Of a stretch of 20,386 nucleotides of DNA, positions 19,562 to 20,386 are shown piece after piece. Below the pieces are notes generated by a model. The model had not been told where the DNA came from and did no database searches. It was given only the letters and a program-made list of their open reading frames with translations. Source of the stretch: Candidatus Izemoplasmatales bacterium (GTDB lineage: Bacteria > Bacillota_I > Bacilli_A > Izemoplasmatales > Hujiaoplasmataceae); assembly GCA_050177605.1 (NCBI GenBank), contig JBFXGX010000030.1, positions 1-20,386 on the forward strand, given 5' to 3'. The position numbers and the translations under genes were made by a program. Every line of letters starts with the position of its first letter. Positions within the stretch are counted from its first letter, which is position 1.

Positions 19562-20386
19562 TCAAATCGAGCAACTAGTTCCTCCGATTTGGAAAATGAC
19601 TTCACCTAATATTAAATCTTCGGTCACGAGTCCAAATGATCTTGAGTCATTGGAATTATGACGGTTATCACCCATAACATAATATACCCCTTCCGGTAAT
19701 ACTAGATTATAGGTTTCAAAATAGGAACTTGGAAAATAGGTTTCAACCAAGACTCCGTTGACATAAACACCGGTATTATCGACAACGAGTGTGTCTCCTG
19801 GCACCGCAATCACTCGCTTAATTAATTTCGATCCATCATGCATAAAAATCATAATATCTTCTCTTGCAAAATCAAAAGTATAATGGTCAATAATGACATA
19901 ATCACTTGGGCAGAAAGTTGGTTCCATCGATGGTCCAACAACGGTCGCAAAGCCTAAAAATAATCCATTAATTAAGGTGAGTATGCTTAAGAATACAGGA
20001 ACGACACCAAGTAAATCAAAGACATTATAATGTTTTTTAAATCCTTCAAAAGAGGCCATTTGTTCTAACGTCGTCTTTTGTTTTCTTTTTCTAAAGTAAA
20101 CCATATAGAAGAACATATAGATAAAAGACGAAACGATTAATAGATAACTTAAAAAGTTAAATAAAATCGTCGCACCTTGTAATTCTTCTTCATTACTAGA
20201 AAAATTAAAGATAAATAATGGGTTCGTTCTAAATGCAAAATAGAAAACGACAATTAAAAGCGAAAATGTAAGAAAAGTGCGAACCTTTCGATTCGACTTT
20301 TTCGTTAATGCTTGATTTTCTTTGAAATCTTCTTCCGTGTAAGGAAGAATCTCTTCAAGTACTTCTTCTTCAGAAACTTCCTCTTC
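19562..20386 (-). CDS. lepB: Signal peptidase I, 5'-truncated by the window edge
   Basis: GPSMEPT (catalytic Ser), LIKRVIAVPGD (Lys) and MGDNRHNSNDSRSFG. The frame stays open for 90 codons upstream of the ORF-track start, up to base 20386. lepB-rbgA-rnhB synteny. Confidence 0.92.
   Translation of the reverse strand, partial: EEEVSEEEVLEEILPYTEEDFKENQALTKKSNRKVRTFLTFSLLIVVFYFAFRTNPLFIFNFSSNEEELQGATILFNFLSYLLIVSSFIYMFFYMVYFRKRKQKTTLEQMASFEGFKKHYNVFDLLGVVPVFLSILTLINGLFLGFATVVGPSMEPTFCPSDYVIIDHYTFDFAREDIMIFMHDGSKLIKRVIAVPGDTLVVDNTGVYVNGVLVETYFPSSYFETYNLVLPEGVYYVMGDNRHNSNDSRSFGLVTEDLILGEVIFQIGGTSCSI

Noticed and set aside
19559..19564. TGA followed by TAA at the lepB end, suggesting genetic code 4
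   Set aside because: Several genes end in TGA at their expected family C-terminus (uppS, atpF, HAD by ATGA overlaps), and no conserved gene is interrupted by in-frame TGA. Code 11 fits.

Overview
AT-rich core-genome window with every supported gene on the minus strand. In transcription order (right to left): lepB (5' end outside the window)-rbgA-rnhB-HAD phosphatase-tsaC | rpiB-upp-atpZ-like-atpI-atpBEFHAGDC-dut | S2 leader-rpsB | tsf | pyrH-frr | uppS-cdsA-dxr-rseP | rRNA promoter and leader, then the first ~34 nt of a 16S rRNA gene that runs off the left edge. Gene order, strong Shine-Dalgarno sites and sigma-A promoters point to a low-GC Bacilli-related organism using genetic code 11 (TGA is a stop). 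An Acholeplasmatales/Izemoplasmatales-like lineage is plausible but is inference only. I see no mobile element, CRISPR array, defence island or new multi-gene system. The notable points are at protein and regulatory level: S2 fused through a low-complexity linker to a Rho-N-like domain; RNase HII ending in a sliding-clamp-like motif (QLSFDL); a Na+-type c-ring signature; a three-TM signal peptidase; a possible CUG start for atpI; and terminators splitting rpsB/tsf/pyrH. I moved several ORF-track starts downstream using RBS position and family N-termini.
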